Shown: positions 31,050 through 41,455 of the stretch, in pieces
Position numbering within the stretch: position 1 is the first letter of the stretch
Layout: every line of letters starts with the position of its first letter
NCBI GenBank assembly: GCA_963713865.1
Contig: OY970208.1
Span: 1,408,001 to 1,472,000 of the forward strand
Reading direction: 5' to 3'
Origin: an uncultured candidate division Zixibacteria bacterium
Lineage (GTDB): Bacteria; Zixibacteria; MSB-5A5; RBG-16-43-9
Length of the DNA stretch: 64,000 nt
Notes under the pieces: model-generated
Seen by the model: the letters and a program-made list of their open reading frames with translations, nothing else
The model's database searches: none
What the model was told of the DNA's origin: nothing
Program-made: the position numbers and the translations under genes

Positions 31050-31382
31050 AACCGTTTCACTTACTAAAGTATTAGTTTAAGTCAAGGCATTGTCTTTATC
31101 CTCAACTTTACATAGATGACATAACTATCTATTGATTATAGAGTTAATATATCCAAGGTCAATTATTAATTTAGATGGTATGGATTTTTTGAAAACCAGT
31201 TATTTTTGGTAAAGCCAAAATATAAACCCGATTTTATGCAAGTAAATTCATACATTTTGCAACTATTTTAACAAAGATATGGGGTGTATTTATCATATAC
31301 CCCTAAGAGTTTTTCGTTGAAACAACAACCCCTTGTGGGACAGGAGTCAAACTCCTGCCCCAGTTGTTAGAGAGATTATAAA

Positions 31383-32303
31383 CTACGGATTAGTATCAAC
31401 TTTGTAAGTAATACCCCAGATTCTGGAGTCATAGGAGTAAGTGGAGTCTCCATAAATCGAAGAGTATTTAATCACGTCAATGGCAGCATGTCGTATTACC
31501 ACATCATATGTATCTACCGAACAGTCTCCTATGACCCAGGTGCCGGTGAAAGTCCCGTCACCGTTATTGTAAAAAGGCTGACGGTGAGGTTTGCAATTAT
31601 AATAGTAACAGGGTGGTCTATGTAAATAGACTAAATCTGATGGGTCTCCCGTAAAAACAGTCAGGGTTACTGAATCTCCAGCATTGAAGATTAGTAAACT
31701 GTCTCTGGAGGTAATCTTGGTAATATCATCTTCAGTAAATATGCGGTCATATCCGGGAGAGAGAAGATGAACTGAATTTATCTGTCGGGTATTATTCGGG
31801 AATGAGTGAACCAGAACCTCCGAGATCCCTATCAATCTCCAGCCACGATGCACATCTTCATTGGTTCCTCTTTTTTCAAAATAAGCCCTCTTTACGGCTT
31901 CGTCCGTTAAAGATTTGATTGTCCGAACTAAAGAATGAGAACTATCCTGGCTTATAATTATCAGGCGCCCAAAAAGAGTATCAATCACAGTAACATAAGC
32001 ATAGGGATAAGTGTGGGTAGAATCTGCAGAATAAATAGAAACGTTTATGGTTCTGCTTACCCGGTTTATCTTCCTCCACCAGAATTTAACTGAGTCCGCA
32101 CCTACAATCTTTGGTGTTCCCATACTGTCCAGATCAGTTATTTCTGAAGTAAATGAGGTTGAGTCTTCAGCTACTGCTTTCAGTATCGCATCCTTATCTA
32201 AATTTGTAGTTGGGCTGGTTGATTTCTTGCAAGCGGAGAAGGACAAAATCATAAAAACTAAAACCACCCCTCCAATTATCCATTTCACTTTACTTCCTTT
32301 CAT
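31383..32303 (-). CDS. Hypothetical lipoprotein
   Basis: MKGSK + hydrophobic + FSAC lipobox, then KKSTSP linker; aggagg SD. Confidence 0.8.
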   Translation of the reverse strand: MKGSKVKWIIGGVVLVFMILSFSACKKSTSPTTNLDKDAILKAVAEDSTSFTSEITDLDSMGTPKIVGADSVKFWWRKINRVSRTINVSIYSADSTHTYPYAYVTVIDTLFGRLIIISQDSSHSLVRTIKSLTDEAVKRAYFEKRGTNEDVHRGWRLIGISEVLVHSFPNNTRQINSVHLLSPGYDRIFTEDDITKITSRDSLLIFNAGDSVTLTVFTGDPSDLVYLHRPPCYYYNCKPHRQPFYNNGDGTFTGTWVIGDCSVDTYDVVIRHAAIDVIKYSSIYGDSTYSYDSRIWGITYKVDTNP

Positions 32304-32690
32304 TTATGACCTCCTTTAGGTTAATATTCTATGGTCTAAAAAATCTTTTTTTGATATCACCTCCCTTTAAGTTGTTTTTATATGTTGTTATACCTGGAAA
32401 GGTATTAAAAGGTTTAATTTTTTCTTATTATTAAAATTGGTTTTAGATAAATGAAAATTTATAACAATTATGAAATTATTCTAAATTGAGTGCAGTTATG
32501 TAAAGTTAAGCTTGATATATGATGGTAATGTTTGAATCTGTGCTTAGATTTTTAGACCCCCAATTTTTTCATAAAAAAATAGTTGGCTAAAGTTTATTTT
32601 TAAGTTATATTTAAATTTAAGAGACTATTTCTAATTTACCGGTCTATAATTCGCCACAGGCGGATACGACCTGCAGGGAAGGAGAAAAGC

Positions 32691-33155
32691 ATGAACAATA
32701 TCAAGATCATAGCAAATCCGGATGTAGCTAAGGTGACTTTTCATGCTGTGCCGGATAAGCCTGGGATAGCAGCTGAGATCTTCGGATTTTTGGGTGAATT
32801 AGGTTTTAATGTTGAGCTGGTGGTTTCCACCCCAACTGAAAAGGGAAAAAGTGACATCTCTTTTGTAATTGCCCGAAAAGAAATTTTATCCCTTTTAGGA
32901 GTGTTAAGCAATCTAAAGAACAAGGTTCGTACAGAGGAGATTACCCATGATGACAAGATCGCCTTAATCTCGATTACCGGACACGGTTTTTCAGCCCAGC
33001 CAGGGATTGCCGGCAGGGTTTTCAAATCTCTGTCAAAAGCCGGGATAAATTTAGAGACGGTCTCTACCTCCTTACATGCTATTACCTGCGTGGTAAGAGA
33101 AGAGGTTTTGCCTGAAGCTCAAAGAGCTTTAGATGAAGAGTTTAAAGCGGAATAA
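32691..33155 (+). CDS. Stand-alone tandem ACT protein (aspartate kinase beta-subunit-like)
   Basis: VPDKPGIAAEIF, DISF, ISITG.G....PGIAGRVF..L...GIN...VSTS. Confidence 0.85.
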   Translation: MNNIKIIANPDVAKVTFHAVPDKPGIAAEIFGFLGELGFNVELVVSTPTEKGKSDISFVIARKEILSLLGVLSNLKNKVRTEEITHDDKIALISITGHGFSAQPGIAGRVFKSLSKAGINLETVSTSLHAITCVVREEVLPEAQRALDEEFKAE

Positions 33156-33279
33156 AAATAATTCAAGGGCTACAGGGTTTAAGGGTTCCAGGGAAAAGAA
33201 GAATATAAAGTCGCGTAGAGGTGGAGCTTATTTCCACCCCTAAATAATTGAGAAATAAGTTTAGGAAAACAGTATAAGT

Positions 33280-33810
33280 ATGAAGATTGAGAAAGATTTT
33301 AAAAATAAAAAAATACTTCTACTTCAAGCTGATATTACAGATTTAGAAACAGATGCCATTGTGAATGCAGCAAACGATCTTTTATGGATGGGTTCGGGTG
33401 TGGCTGGAGCGATAAGAACAAAAGGAGGGGATGACATTGAGAAAGAAGCAATGTCAAAAGGACCAGCTAAAATTGGTGAGGCAATTGTAACTACTGCTGG
33501 AAAGTTAAAAGCTAAATATGTAATACACGCTGTTTTGATGGGCCAGGATTTACTGACGAGCGAGAATTATATTAGAGATGCGACTTTAAACAGCTTGAAA
33601 AGAGCAGAGGAACTGAAGTTAAATTCAATTGCCTTTCCGGCTCTTGGAACTGGCGTAGGAGGATTTCCTGTGAACAGATGCGCGGAGGTGATAATAAATA
33701 CTACAGCAGGATTTTTAAGGAATAACCAATTTGTAAAAGAAGTGTATTTTGCATTATTCCATAAAAGTGATTTAGATGTTTTTAGTTTAGTATTAGAGAA
33801 AAAAACGTAA
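33280..33810 (+). CDS. Macro domain protein (ADP-ribose binding/hydrolase)
   Basis: DIT..DAIVNAAN..L.MGSGVAGAI, VIHAV, SIAFPALGTGVGG. Confidence 0.92.
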   Translation: MKIEKDFKNKKILLLQADITDLETDAIVNAANDLLWMGSGVAGAIRTKGGDDIEKEAMSKGPAKIGEAIVTTAGKLKAKYVIHAVLMGQDLLTSENYIRDATLNSLKRAEELKLNSIAFPALGTGVGGFPVNRCAEVIINTTAGFLRNNQFVKEVYFALFHKSDLDVFSLVLEKKT

Positions 33811-33868
33811 CGCCCGACACGATGGTCAAGCGTTATGAATTGAAGTGTAACAACGTGTAGGTTTGCCC

Positions 33869-34969
33869 CTATAGTTTCTGAGGCAAAGATACGTTCCGAG
33901 ACAGGTGCGAAAAGATGCGGACTAAGGTTAGCACATCCTGACGGTTATGCTCTACTATCGGTTTTAGAAGACCGTAGTTTTTAGTCTTGAGATAATCCGA
34001 ATAAAATTCTGGCACCAAGGAGCTGGGCAGGTCAGTTTCCCTTTTGTTTTTTAAAATATTTCTTTCAATGGTATCCAAACAAAAATCCGGCAGTTGGTTT
34101 TTCCAGGCTCTTCTGGAGAAGTGTAATAAATCGAAATGGTCCTTTTGTAAGTCAGGTCTTATCCCGTAATACCTCATCCTACCTTCTAAAAAAGGAAGAT
34201 CAAAGGCTTTGCCATTAAAGCTGACTATAGATTTTGATTTTATAAGATATTCGGAAAAAGCTTTCAGAACTGCTATCTCCTCTTTAACCTCTAAAGCTAA
34301 GAATTGATGTAATCTGATCTTTTTGTCTTGCTCAATGGTTGCAATTCCGATTAAGATGACTAAATTACCGCTAAATAAGCCCAGGGTTTCTATATCTAAA
34401 AAGATAAAGTCTTTCCAGGGATAAAAAGAGGATAGGCTTAAGATCAAAGGATGAGATTTAGGCAAACGAGAGGATAATACCTGATGGAGTTTCGATCTAT
34501 CTTCTTCGGAGATAATTTGCAGGAGAAATTCTGCTTCCTTTCCCCAGTGAGGATGTGAGATTAAATCTTCAAGGGTCTGATAACCAGCTTTTCTGAGCTG
34601 ATCTTCTCTGAATTCCCTTATCCCGGGGAGAAGAGAAAAGAAGGAAAGTATAGATTTTTCCAGAGTTTCTCTCCCTGGCTTGAAGCATTCCTCTTCGAAT
34701 TCTTCGAAAAGATAAAAGAAGGTACCATACTCATTAGAAATTTTTTCTCCTGGTATAACTTTATTCAGAGGGGAATTTCTGTATCTTTCTACTAATTCCC
34801 CTTTAAATTCTTGAGCCCGGGTATATTCATACTGGGTGAGTTTAGGAGCAAAACCTGTTTTATTTTGTCTTTCTATTTCAGTTCCAGATAGTTCTTTCTC
34901 TTTAACCACCGTCTCTAACTTGCCTAACTTCTGGCTTAATCTCTGGATAATTTTATCGTATTGGGACAT
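33869..34969 (-). CDS. YprB/MrfB-like RNase H-fold 3'-5' exonuclease with N-terminal HhH-like region
   Basis: FLDIETLGL, SFNGKAFDLPFL, HFDLLH, HNRQDV (DEDDh). Confidence 0.88.
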   Translation of the reverse strand: MSQYDKIIQRLSQKLGKLETVVKEKELSGTEIERQNKTGFAPKLTQYEYTRAQEFKGELVERYRNSPLNKVIPGEKISNEYGTFFYLFEEFEEECFKPGRETLEKSILSFFSLLPGIREFREDQLRKAGYQTLEDLISHPHWGKEAEFLLQIISEEDRSKLHQVLSSRLPKSHPLILSLSSFYPWKDFIFLDIETLGLFSGNLVILIGIATIEQDKKIRLHQFLALEVKEEIAVLKAFSEYLIKSKSIVSFNGKAFDLPFLEGRMRYYGIRPDLQKDHFDLLHFSRRAWKNQLPDFCLDTIERNILKNKRETDLPSSLVPEFYSDYLKTKNYGLLKPIVEHNRQDVLTLVRIFSHLSRNVSLPQKL

Positions 34970-35244
34970 TTTTTTACTCTTGTGAACTTTTCACCAGGAA
35001 TAATAATATGAATTTACATAAAATACAATTGATATTTTGACTTGGCATTCGCAATTTGCTGTTCGCTATTAAATATAGGTTTTTTTATTTTTTATTTTCC
35101 ATCTTTCATCTTCCTTATCCCTTTTCTGAAGATTTCTTCATCGTCTCTACTCATTCATCAGTTTGCTTTAAAAAAGGCTTGACAAATAACGTTATAAGAT
35201 ATATTTAACTTGAAAAATTATAGTTTCCATAAAGGAGGAAACGG

Positions 35245-36459
35245 ATGAAAAGAAGCTCGAAAGTTTTCCGGGGAGTAATTCTGGGATTAGCCAGTATACT
35301 TTTTTTCTCCTGTGCGAAAAAGGAGGATGTGGTGGTTTTAGGAGAATTTGGTTCCCTGACCGGGGTTACTGCTACCTTTGGTAAATCAACCCAAAAAGGG
35401 ATTCAGATGGCTATAGATGAATTAAATAAAGGGGGAGGAATAGAAGGGAAATTGATTAAAATCGTAGTCGAGGATGATCAATCCAAGCCAGAAGAAGCAG
35501 CAACGGTTGTCAAGAAGCTGGTTAATCAGGATAAAGTGCTTATAGTTTTAGGTGAGGTGGCTTCTTCCAGAAGCTTGGCTGGTGCTCCCATCTGTCAGGA
35601 GGGCAAAGTGCCGATGATCACTCCTTCCTCCACCAATCCCAAGGTAACCCAGGTGGGCGATTATATTTTCAGAGTTTGTTTTATAGATCCTTTTCAAGGT
35701 GAGGTGATGGCTAAGTTTGCCCGGAATACTCTCAAGGTTAGCAAAGCGGCAATATTAAAAGATATTAAAAATGATTACAGTGTTGGGCTGGCTCACTTTT
35801 TCACCGAGACCTTCAAGGCTTTGGGTGGAACAGTTATGGCGGAGGAATCTTATTCTGAAGGAGATATTGAGTTCAGGGCTCAATTGACTTCCCTCAAGGC
35901 TAAAAGTCCTGAGGTTATCTTCATCCCCGGTTATTACACTGAGGTGGGCTTGATTGCCCGCCAGGCAAGGGATTTAGGGATTAACGTTCCCCTGATCGGA
36001 GGGGATGGCTGGGATTCCCCACGCCTGATAGAAATAGGGGGAAAAGCCTTAGAGAATACTTTTTACAGTAACCATTACACTCCAGAGGATCCCAGACCAG
36101 AAATTCAGAATTTTATCTCAGAGTATAAAACAAAATATAATGAGATACCGGATGCAATGGCACCTTTAGGTTATGATGCGACCCGAATAGCCTTTGATGC
36201 TATAAAAAGATCAGGAATTTTGGAGGAGAAGAATATTAAAGAGTCTTATTCTGAGAATCCAAAAGCTAAATCTTTAATGGACGCAGTTAACACCGAGCGA
36301 AATCGGGAACGGATTAGAGATGCTATAGCCCGGACCAGGGATTTCCCGGGAGTAACGGGAGTTATCACCATCGACCAGAATCGTAATGCCAAGAAATCGG
36401 CAGTGGTCCTTAAATACGAAGATGGAAAATATAAATATGTGGAGACGATAAATCCGTAA
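35245..36459 (+). CDS. livK: Branched-chain amino acid ABC transporter substrate-binding lipoprotein
   Basis: FSC lipobox; GEVASS, SSTNP.VT, FRVCFIDPFQG, GGDGWD. Confidence 0.9.
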   Translation: MKRSSKVFRGVILGLASILFFSCAKKEDVVVLGEFGSLTGVTATFGKSTQKGIQMAIDELNKGGGIEGKLIKIVVEDDQSKPEEAATVVKKLVNQDKVLIVLGEVASSRSLAGAPICQEGKVPMITPSSTNPKVTQVGDYIFRVCFIDPFQGEVMAKFARNTLKVSKAAILKDIKNDYSVGLAHFFTETFKALGGTVMAEESYSEGDIEFRAQLTSLKAKSPEVIFIPGYYTEVGLIARQARDLGINVPLIGGDGWDSPRLIEIGGKALENTFYSNHYTPEDPRPEIQNFISEYKTKYNEIPDAMAPLGYDATRIAFDAIKRSGILEEKNIKESYSENPKAKSLMDAVNTERNRERIRDAIARTRDFPGVTGVITIDQNRNAKKSAVVLKYEDGKYKYVETINP

Positions 36460-36466
36460 AGAGAAT

Positions 36467-36508
36467 GACGGATTCCGAATGACGAATGACTGATAACGGA
36501 TTTCGAAT
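36467..36508 (+). repeat. Heptamer tandem array (NNCGRAT x6), left flank of four-helix-bundle gene
   Basis: gacggat tccgaat gacgaat gactgat aacggat ttcgaat. Confidence 0.8.
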
Positions 36509-36535
36509 AAAAGAATAATAACCATTGTTAAAAAA

Positions 36536-36907
36536 ATGGCTGTTTATAGAAATTTTGAGGACTTACCAATCAGGAAAGAAGCGAAAGATTTAGCAGTACG
36601 AATATATAAAATAACCAAAGACGATAAACTTAAAAGAGATTTTGGTTTGTCTGAACAGATAAGGAGAACAGCTCTTTCTAAATCAGGCAATATTGCTGAA
36701 GGATTTGATCGAAGTTCGAGGAAAGAATTTATAAAGTATTTATATATAGCCAAAGGCTCTGTCTCAGAGGTGAGAAGCCAACTATTCATCTGTAAAGAAT
36801 TGGGTTATTTAGATAATGGTATCTCAGAAGAACTCTTAGGAAGGACAACATCCCTGACCAGGCAGATTAGCGCTCTCATATCTTTTTTAAAGAAAAGAAA
36901 CCTTTAG
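36536..36907 (+). CDS. Four helix bundle protein (23S rRNA-intervening-sequence protein / bAvd-like)
   Basis: FEDL...A..L...IY, DFGL..QIRR.A.S...NIAEG..R.S.KEF..YL.IAKGS..E.RSQL. Confidence 0.9.
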   Translation: MAVYRNFEDLPIRKEAKDLAVRIYKITKDDKLKRDFGLSEQIRRTALSKSGNIAEGFDRSSRKEFIKYLYIAKGSVSEVRSQLFICKELGYLDNGISEELLGRTTSLTRQISALISFLKKRNL

Positions 36908-36965
36908 AATGAACCAGTCGTTCTCTATATTATTTATCTTGTCAAATCTTCTATTTTTATTAATC

Positions 36966-36989
36966 ATCCGTTATCCGATATCCGTCATT
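36966..36989 (-). repeat. Inverted heptamer array, right flank of four-helix-bundle gene
   Basis: atccgtt atccgat atccgtc are the reverse complements of aacggat/atcggat/gacggat. Confidence 0.75.
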
Positions 36990-37002
36990 TTAGTTTATAA
37001 TT

Positions 37003-37905
37003 ATGTCTGAATTTCTACAACAGTTGATTAACGGGGTTGCCTGGGGCTCAATTTATGCTTTAATAGCTCTGGGTTATACTATGGTCTACGGGGTCTTAAG
37101 GCTGATAAATTTTGCGCACGGGGATATTTATATGGTGGGGGCTTTTGCTGGATATTATGTGGTTAGGTGGCTAAAGGTATCTGAAGGGCTTACCCTTACA
37201 GGTGTGGTGGGGGTGTTTTTGTTCTCTATGTTAGCCTGTTCTCTTTTAGGATTTGTGATCGAAAGATGTGCCTATAAACCTTTGAGAAAGGCTCCCCGTT
37301 TAACTGCTCTGATCACCGCTATCGGTGTATCTTTGTTTTTAGAGAATGCCGGCCAGCTTATCTTTGGCGCTGACCCGAAGTTCTTTCCACAAATTATAGT
37401 TAAAAAAGACCTTATCTCCAGCGGGGGAGTAATCTTAACTAATCAACAGGTGATCGTCCTGGGAGTATCTTTATTTTTAATGGCATCGCTCCAGCTTTTT
37501 ATTCAGAAGACAAAAACCGGCAAGGCTATGCGAGCGGTCTCTTTTAACCGGGAAGCAGCCTCTTTAATGGGGATCTCCATTGACAGAATTATCTCGATAA
37601 CTTTTGTGGTTGGCTCGGCTTTAGCTGCAGCCGCTGGAATACTGGTAGCCTTGACCAATCCAAAGATAGAGCCATTGATGGGGATAATGCCAGGGATAAA
37701 GGCTTTCGTTGCCGCAGTTTTAGGTGGCATAGGTAATATCCCTGGGGCAATGTTAGGCGGGATGATAATGGGCATCGCTGAGGTAATGGTGGTTGGTTAT
37801 TTATCTTCTACTTACAGAGATGCTATCGCCTTCGCTATTCTCATCTTGATATTATTGTTCAAGCCCTCTGGCTTGATGGGTGGATTTAGGGGGGAGAAAG
37901 TATAG
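37003..37905 (+). CDS. livH: BCAA ABC permease LivH
   Basis: YALIALGYTMVYGVLRLINFAHG, KAFVAAVLGGIG. Confidence 0.95.
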   Translation: MSEFLQQLINGVAWGSIYALIALGYTMVYGVLRLINFAHGDIYMVGAFAGYYVVRWLKVSEGLTLTGVVGVFLFSMLACSLLGFVIERCAYKPLRKAPRLTALITAIGVSLFLENAGQLIFGADPKFFPQIIVKKDLISSGGVILTNQQVIVLGVSLFLMASLQLFIQKTKTGKAMRAVSFNREAASLMGISIDRIISITFVVGSALAAAAGILVALTNPKIEPLMGIMPGIKAFVAAVLGGIGNIPGAMLGGMIMGIAEVMVVGYLSSTYRDAIAFAILILILLFKPSGLMGGFRGEKV

Positions 37906-37990
37906 ACCGCCAAAATGAAAAAAGGAAAATGAAAGAAGGAAGATGGGAAAAGAAAAATAGAAAAAGAAATGACGAATATCGAATATAATA

Positions 37991-38178
37991 TGTAGGGGCG
38001 GGGTTACCCCGCCCCAATCCACCAGATGCAGAGGGCGAGGAGACCTCGCCTCTACAGAAATACTGTCATTGCGGGTCCCCGTAGGGGGCGAAGCAATTCC
38101 ACTAATAATGAAATGACGAATGAAAGATATCAAATAGCCAATAGCGAAGAACGAACAGTGAATAGCTAAAAAGCGAAC
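37991..38178. repeat. REP doublet, TGTCATTGCG half-element and long heptamer array
   Basis: tgtaggggcggggttaccccgcccc...gggcgaggagacctcgcctctaca; gacgaat gaaagat atcaaat agccaat agcgaag aacgaac agtgaat. Confidence 0.75.
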
Positions 38179-38180
38179 TT

Positions 38181-39179
38181 ATGCAACCTAAAAAAATCAT
38201 CTTCATAATTCTGGTGTTGGGGCTTCTCCTTCTGGTGAATTATTATCTCCCCTCACGAATGAATCCTTATCTTTTTCAGATATTGATCCTCATAGGTATA
38301 AATATCATGCTGGCGGTAAGCCTGAATTTGATAAATGGTTTTACCGGACAATTCTCCATCGGACATGCTGGTTTTATGGCTATTGGTGGATATACTTCAG
38401 CTTTTCTGACCTACTATTTTGGAGCAAATTTGATCCAGAGTTTAAGCTCAATTCTTTTTTTCCCCTGGCTGGCAAAATCGATAATCTTTGTTTTCGCCTT
38501 AATCGCAGGAGGACTTTTGGCCGCCCTGGCAGGTTTGGTTGTAGGGATTCCTTCATTAAGATTAAAAGGAGATTATTTAGCTATAGCTACCTTAGGTTTT
38601 GGGGAGATCATCCGGGTTTTAATCCTGAATATAGATGCAGTTGGTGGTGCCAGAGGGTTTGCGGATATTCCGGGGTACACAAATCTTTTCTGGGTTTTAT
38701 TTTTTATGCTTCTTACTATCATAGTAGTTAGAAATCTGGTCTTTTCCACTCATGGACGGGCATTCCTTTCAGTTAGAGAAGATGAAGTGGCAGCTGAGGC
38801 TATGGGGATTAATACTACTTATTATAAAATATATGCTTTTATAATCGGTGCGTTTTTTGCCGGGATTGCTGGCGGTCTTTTCGGGCATTATCTGATGTAT
38901 CTGCATACTAACAGCTTCACCTTTATGAAATCGATAGAGGTGATTATAATGGTGGTTTTAGGCGGGATGGGCAGTATTACCGGCTCAATACTGGCAGCAA
39001 TTATTATGACCATACTACCTGAATTCTTAAGAATCGTCAAAGACTATCGGATGGTGATTTATTCCCTTACATTAATAATTCTAATGTTGACGCGACCACA
39101 GGGTATATTTGGAGTGGAAGAGTTCAGCCTAAAAATGTTGAGAAATGTGTTTGTTAGAAAAGGACAGGTGGTAAAATAA
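38181..39179 (+). CDS. livM: BCAA ABC permease LivM
   Basis: SLNLINGFTGQFSIGHAGF, LRLKGDYLAIATLGFGEI. Confidence 0.95.
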   Translation: MQPKKIIFIILVLGLLLLVNYYLPSRMNPYLFQILILIGINIMLAVSLNLINGFTGQFSIGHAGFMAIGGYTSAFLTYYFGANLIQSLSSILFFPWLAKSIIFVFALIAGGLLAALAGLVVGIPSLRLKGDYLAIATLGFGEIIRVLILNIDAVGGARGFADIPGYTNLFWVLFFMLLTIIVVRNLVFSTHGRAFLSVREDEVAAEAMGINTTYYKIYAFIIGAFFAGIAGGLFGHYLMYLHTNSFTFMKSIEVIIMVVLGGMGSITGSILAAIIMTILPEFLRIVKDYRMVIYSLTLIILMLTRPQGIFGVEEFSLKMLRNVFVRKGQVVK

Positions 39180-39180
39180 A

Positions 39181-39471
39181 GTAAGACGTTAGACGTAAGA
39201 TGTGAGAAGATTATTATAACATCCCGCTTCTGGCGGGACGAAAGAAAGTCTTCGCGGGTAAGGACACCAACGAAGAGCAAAGATTATTTTTTCGTAGTGC
39301 GACCCTTTTCCTAATTACGGATCCGTAGGACAGGGTCGCCAGGAGGAAGATAGAATGTAGGGCAAGGCTTTAGCCTTGCTAAAATAACTTTTGTGAGGAT
39401 ACCAGTGAAGAGCTGAAAAACAATATAAGCAAACCTGAAGGTCCAGAATGGATCTTGAAATTTGTCCTACG
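39181..39471. repeat. Heptamer array plus REPs carrying nested GGATC micro-inserts
   Basis: gtaagac gttagac gtaagat gtgagaa; gtagtgcgacccttt[22 nt]cagggtcgc; gtagggcaaggctttagccttgc; gcaaacctgaagg[19 nt]tttgtcctac. Confidence 0.75.
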
Positions 39472-39515
39472 AAAAATAAAAAACTGAACGATAAACGAAC
39501 AATGTTCACGTTATT

Positions 39516-40283
39516 ATGCCTTTACTTGAGATAAAAAACTGCTCGATGCATTTCGGGGGATTAAAAGCGGTTGACAAATTAGACCTCTTCCTGGAAAAAG
39601 GAGAGCTGGTGGGATTGATCGGACCCAATGGTGCGGGTAAAACAACGTTGTTTAATCTGATTACCGGAGTGTATAATCCCACTTTTGGGGATATAATTTT
39701 CCAGGATAAGAGACTAAATGGTAAAAAGCCCTATCAGATAACCTCCTATGGAGTGGGAAGAACTTTTCAGAATATAAGACTATTCAGTAATCTTACTGTT
39801 TTGGATAATGTCAAAACTGCCTGCCATCTGCATTCCAGAGAGGGGATGTGGAGCTCGGTTACCCGAAGTAAAAGATTTTTTGAGGAAGAAGAGGGACTGA
39901 CCAAAAGGTCTTTGGATCTTTTGAAGACTTTCGGATTAGATTTTCTCAAGGATGAAAAGGCGATTAATCTGCCCTACGGTCAACAAAGAAGATTGGAAAT
40001 TGCACGAGCTCTGGCAACTGAGCCCAAGCTTTTGCTTTTAGATGAGCCAACCGCCGGGATGAACCCTCAAGAGAGCCAAGTTTTGATGGAATTGATAAAA
40101 CAAATCAGAAAGGATTTCGATCTGACTATACTTCTGATCGAGCATGATATGAGGGTGGTGATGGGTTGCTGTGAGCGGATTGCAGTTTTAGATTACGGAG
40201 TCAAAATCGCTGAAGGTCCACCGGAGAAAATAAAAAAAGACCCGAAAGTGATTGAGGCGTATTTGGGAGAGGAGATGGTATAA
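39516..40283 (+). CDS. livG: BCAA ABC ATPase LivG
   Basis: GPNGAGKTT, RTFQNIRLF, LPYGQQR, LLLLDEP. Confidence 0.95.
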   Translation: MPLLEIKNCSMHFGGLKAVDKLDLFLEKGELVGLIGPNGAGKTTLFNLITGVYNPTFGDIIFQDKRLNGKKPYQITSYGVGRTFQNIRLFSNLTVLDNVKTACHLHSREGMWSSVTRSKRFFEEEEGLTKRSLDLLKTFGLDFLKDEKAINLPYGQQRRLEIARALATEPKLLLLDEPTAGMNPQESQVLMELIKQIRKDFDLTILLIEHDMRVVMGCCERIAVLDYGVKIAEGPPEKIKKDPKVIEAYLGEEMV

Positions 40284-40471
40284 AGGTTCAAGGGAGAGAA
40301 ACAAGGGAAAAGGTAAGACGTGAGACGTGAGATGTAAAACGAAAATAAAAAATCGTAAGGCTCCGACTTTGACGGAGCGAAAAAATGTAGCGTCGGGCTT
40401 TATACCCGACGAGAATTTATAGTCGTGTAGTGGTAGAGCTTATCTCCATCCTCGTTAACCAGTGGTGAACA

Positions 40472-41197
40472 ATGATCGAAGATTCAAAATTATTAGAAGT
40501 CGATTCGCTGAATGTATATTATGGGGCTATTCATGCTTTAAAAGGGATATCGTTTTATATTAAAAAAGGTGAGATCGTTACCCTGATTGGTGCAAATGGT
40601 GCCGGCAAATCGACCACCATTAATACTATCTCAGGTCTTCTGAAACCTAAAAAAGGCACGATTACTTTTGAAGGAAAAAGGCTGGATAGACTTTTACCAC
40701 ACAAGATCGTAGAGTCTGGCATTTCTCAAGCACCTGAAGGAAGAAAGATTTTCCCCAACCTTTCAACCCTGGAGAATTTGGATTTGGGAGCTTATTGCCG
40801 GAGAGATAAAGAAGGGATAAAAAAAGACCTGGGAATAGTATTTACTCTTTTCCCCAGGCTGAAAGAAAGGATAAAACAAAATGCTGGTACTTTGAGTGGT
40901 GGCGAACAGCAGATGCTCTCCATTGGTAGAGCCTTAATGTCCCATCCAAAACTTCTGCTTTTAGACGAGCCTTCCCTGGGTTTAGCCCCTATCCTCGTAA
41001 AATCGATCTTCAACACTATATTAGAGATCAATCAGCAGGGAACTACTATTCTTTTGGTTGAGCAAAATGCCCATATGGCTCTGCAAATTGCTCACCGCGG
41101 TTATGTCTTAGAAACCGGCAGGATAGTCTTAGAAGATACCGCTGTGAATCTTTTAAATAATCAGCAGGTGAAAGAAGCGTATCTGGGAGGAAAATAA
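40472..41197 (+). CDS. livF: BCAA ABC ATPase LivF
   Basis: GANGAGKST, LSGGEQQML, LDEPSLGLAP, LVEQNA. Confidence 0.95.
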   Translation: MIEDSKLLEVDSLNVYYGAIHALKGISFYIKKGEIVTLIGANGAGKSTTINTISGLLKPKKGTITFEGKRLDRLLPHKIVESGISQAPEGRKIFPNLSTLENLDLGAYCRRDKEGIKKDLGIVFTLFPRLKERIKQNAGTLSGGEQQMLSIGRALMSHPKLLLLDEPSLGLAPILVKSIFNTILEINQQGTTILLVEQNAHMALQIAHRGYVLETGRIVLEDTAVNLLNNQQVKEAYLGGK

Positions 41198-41455
41198 AAA
41201 AAGGCTCAAAGGTTTAAAGGTTCAAAAGCTTAAGGGTAAAAAAAGAAAAGGTAAGACGTGAGACGTAAGAAGTGAGATGACTGTATCGTCCCGCCTTCGG
41301 TGAGACGAAGGAATGTTTCCGAGCTTGATGAATCGAATCCCCTACACAAGCAACCCTGAAAGGGTCGCACTACCTTTTTATTCAACATTCGACATCTGGG
41401 GGACGAGTATAAACGAGATCATCAAGCAGTTGAAAAAATAAAAGTGATATAGAAA

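Noticed and set aside
36536-36907. Diversity-generating retroelement suggested by the Avd-like gene
   Set aside because: No reverse transcriptase in the window, and differences between the duplicated genes are not adenine-specific
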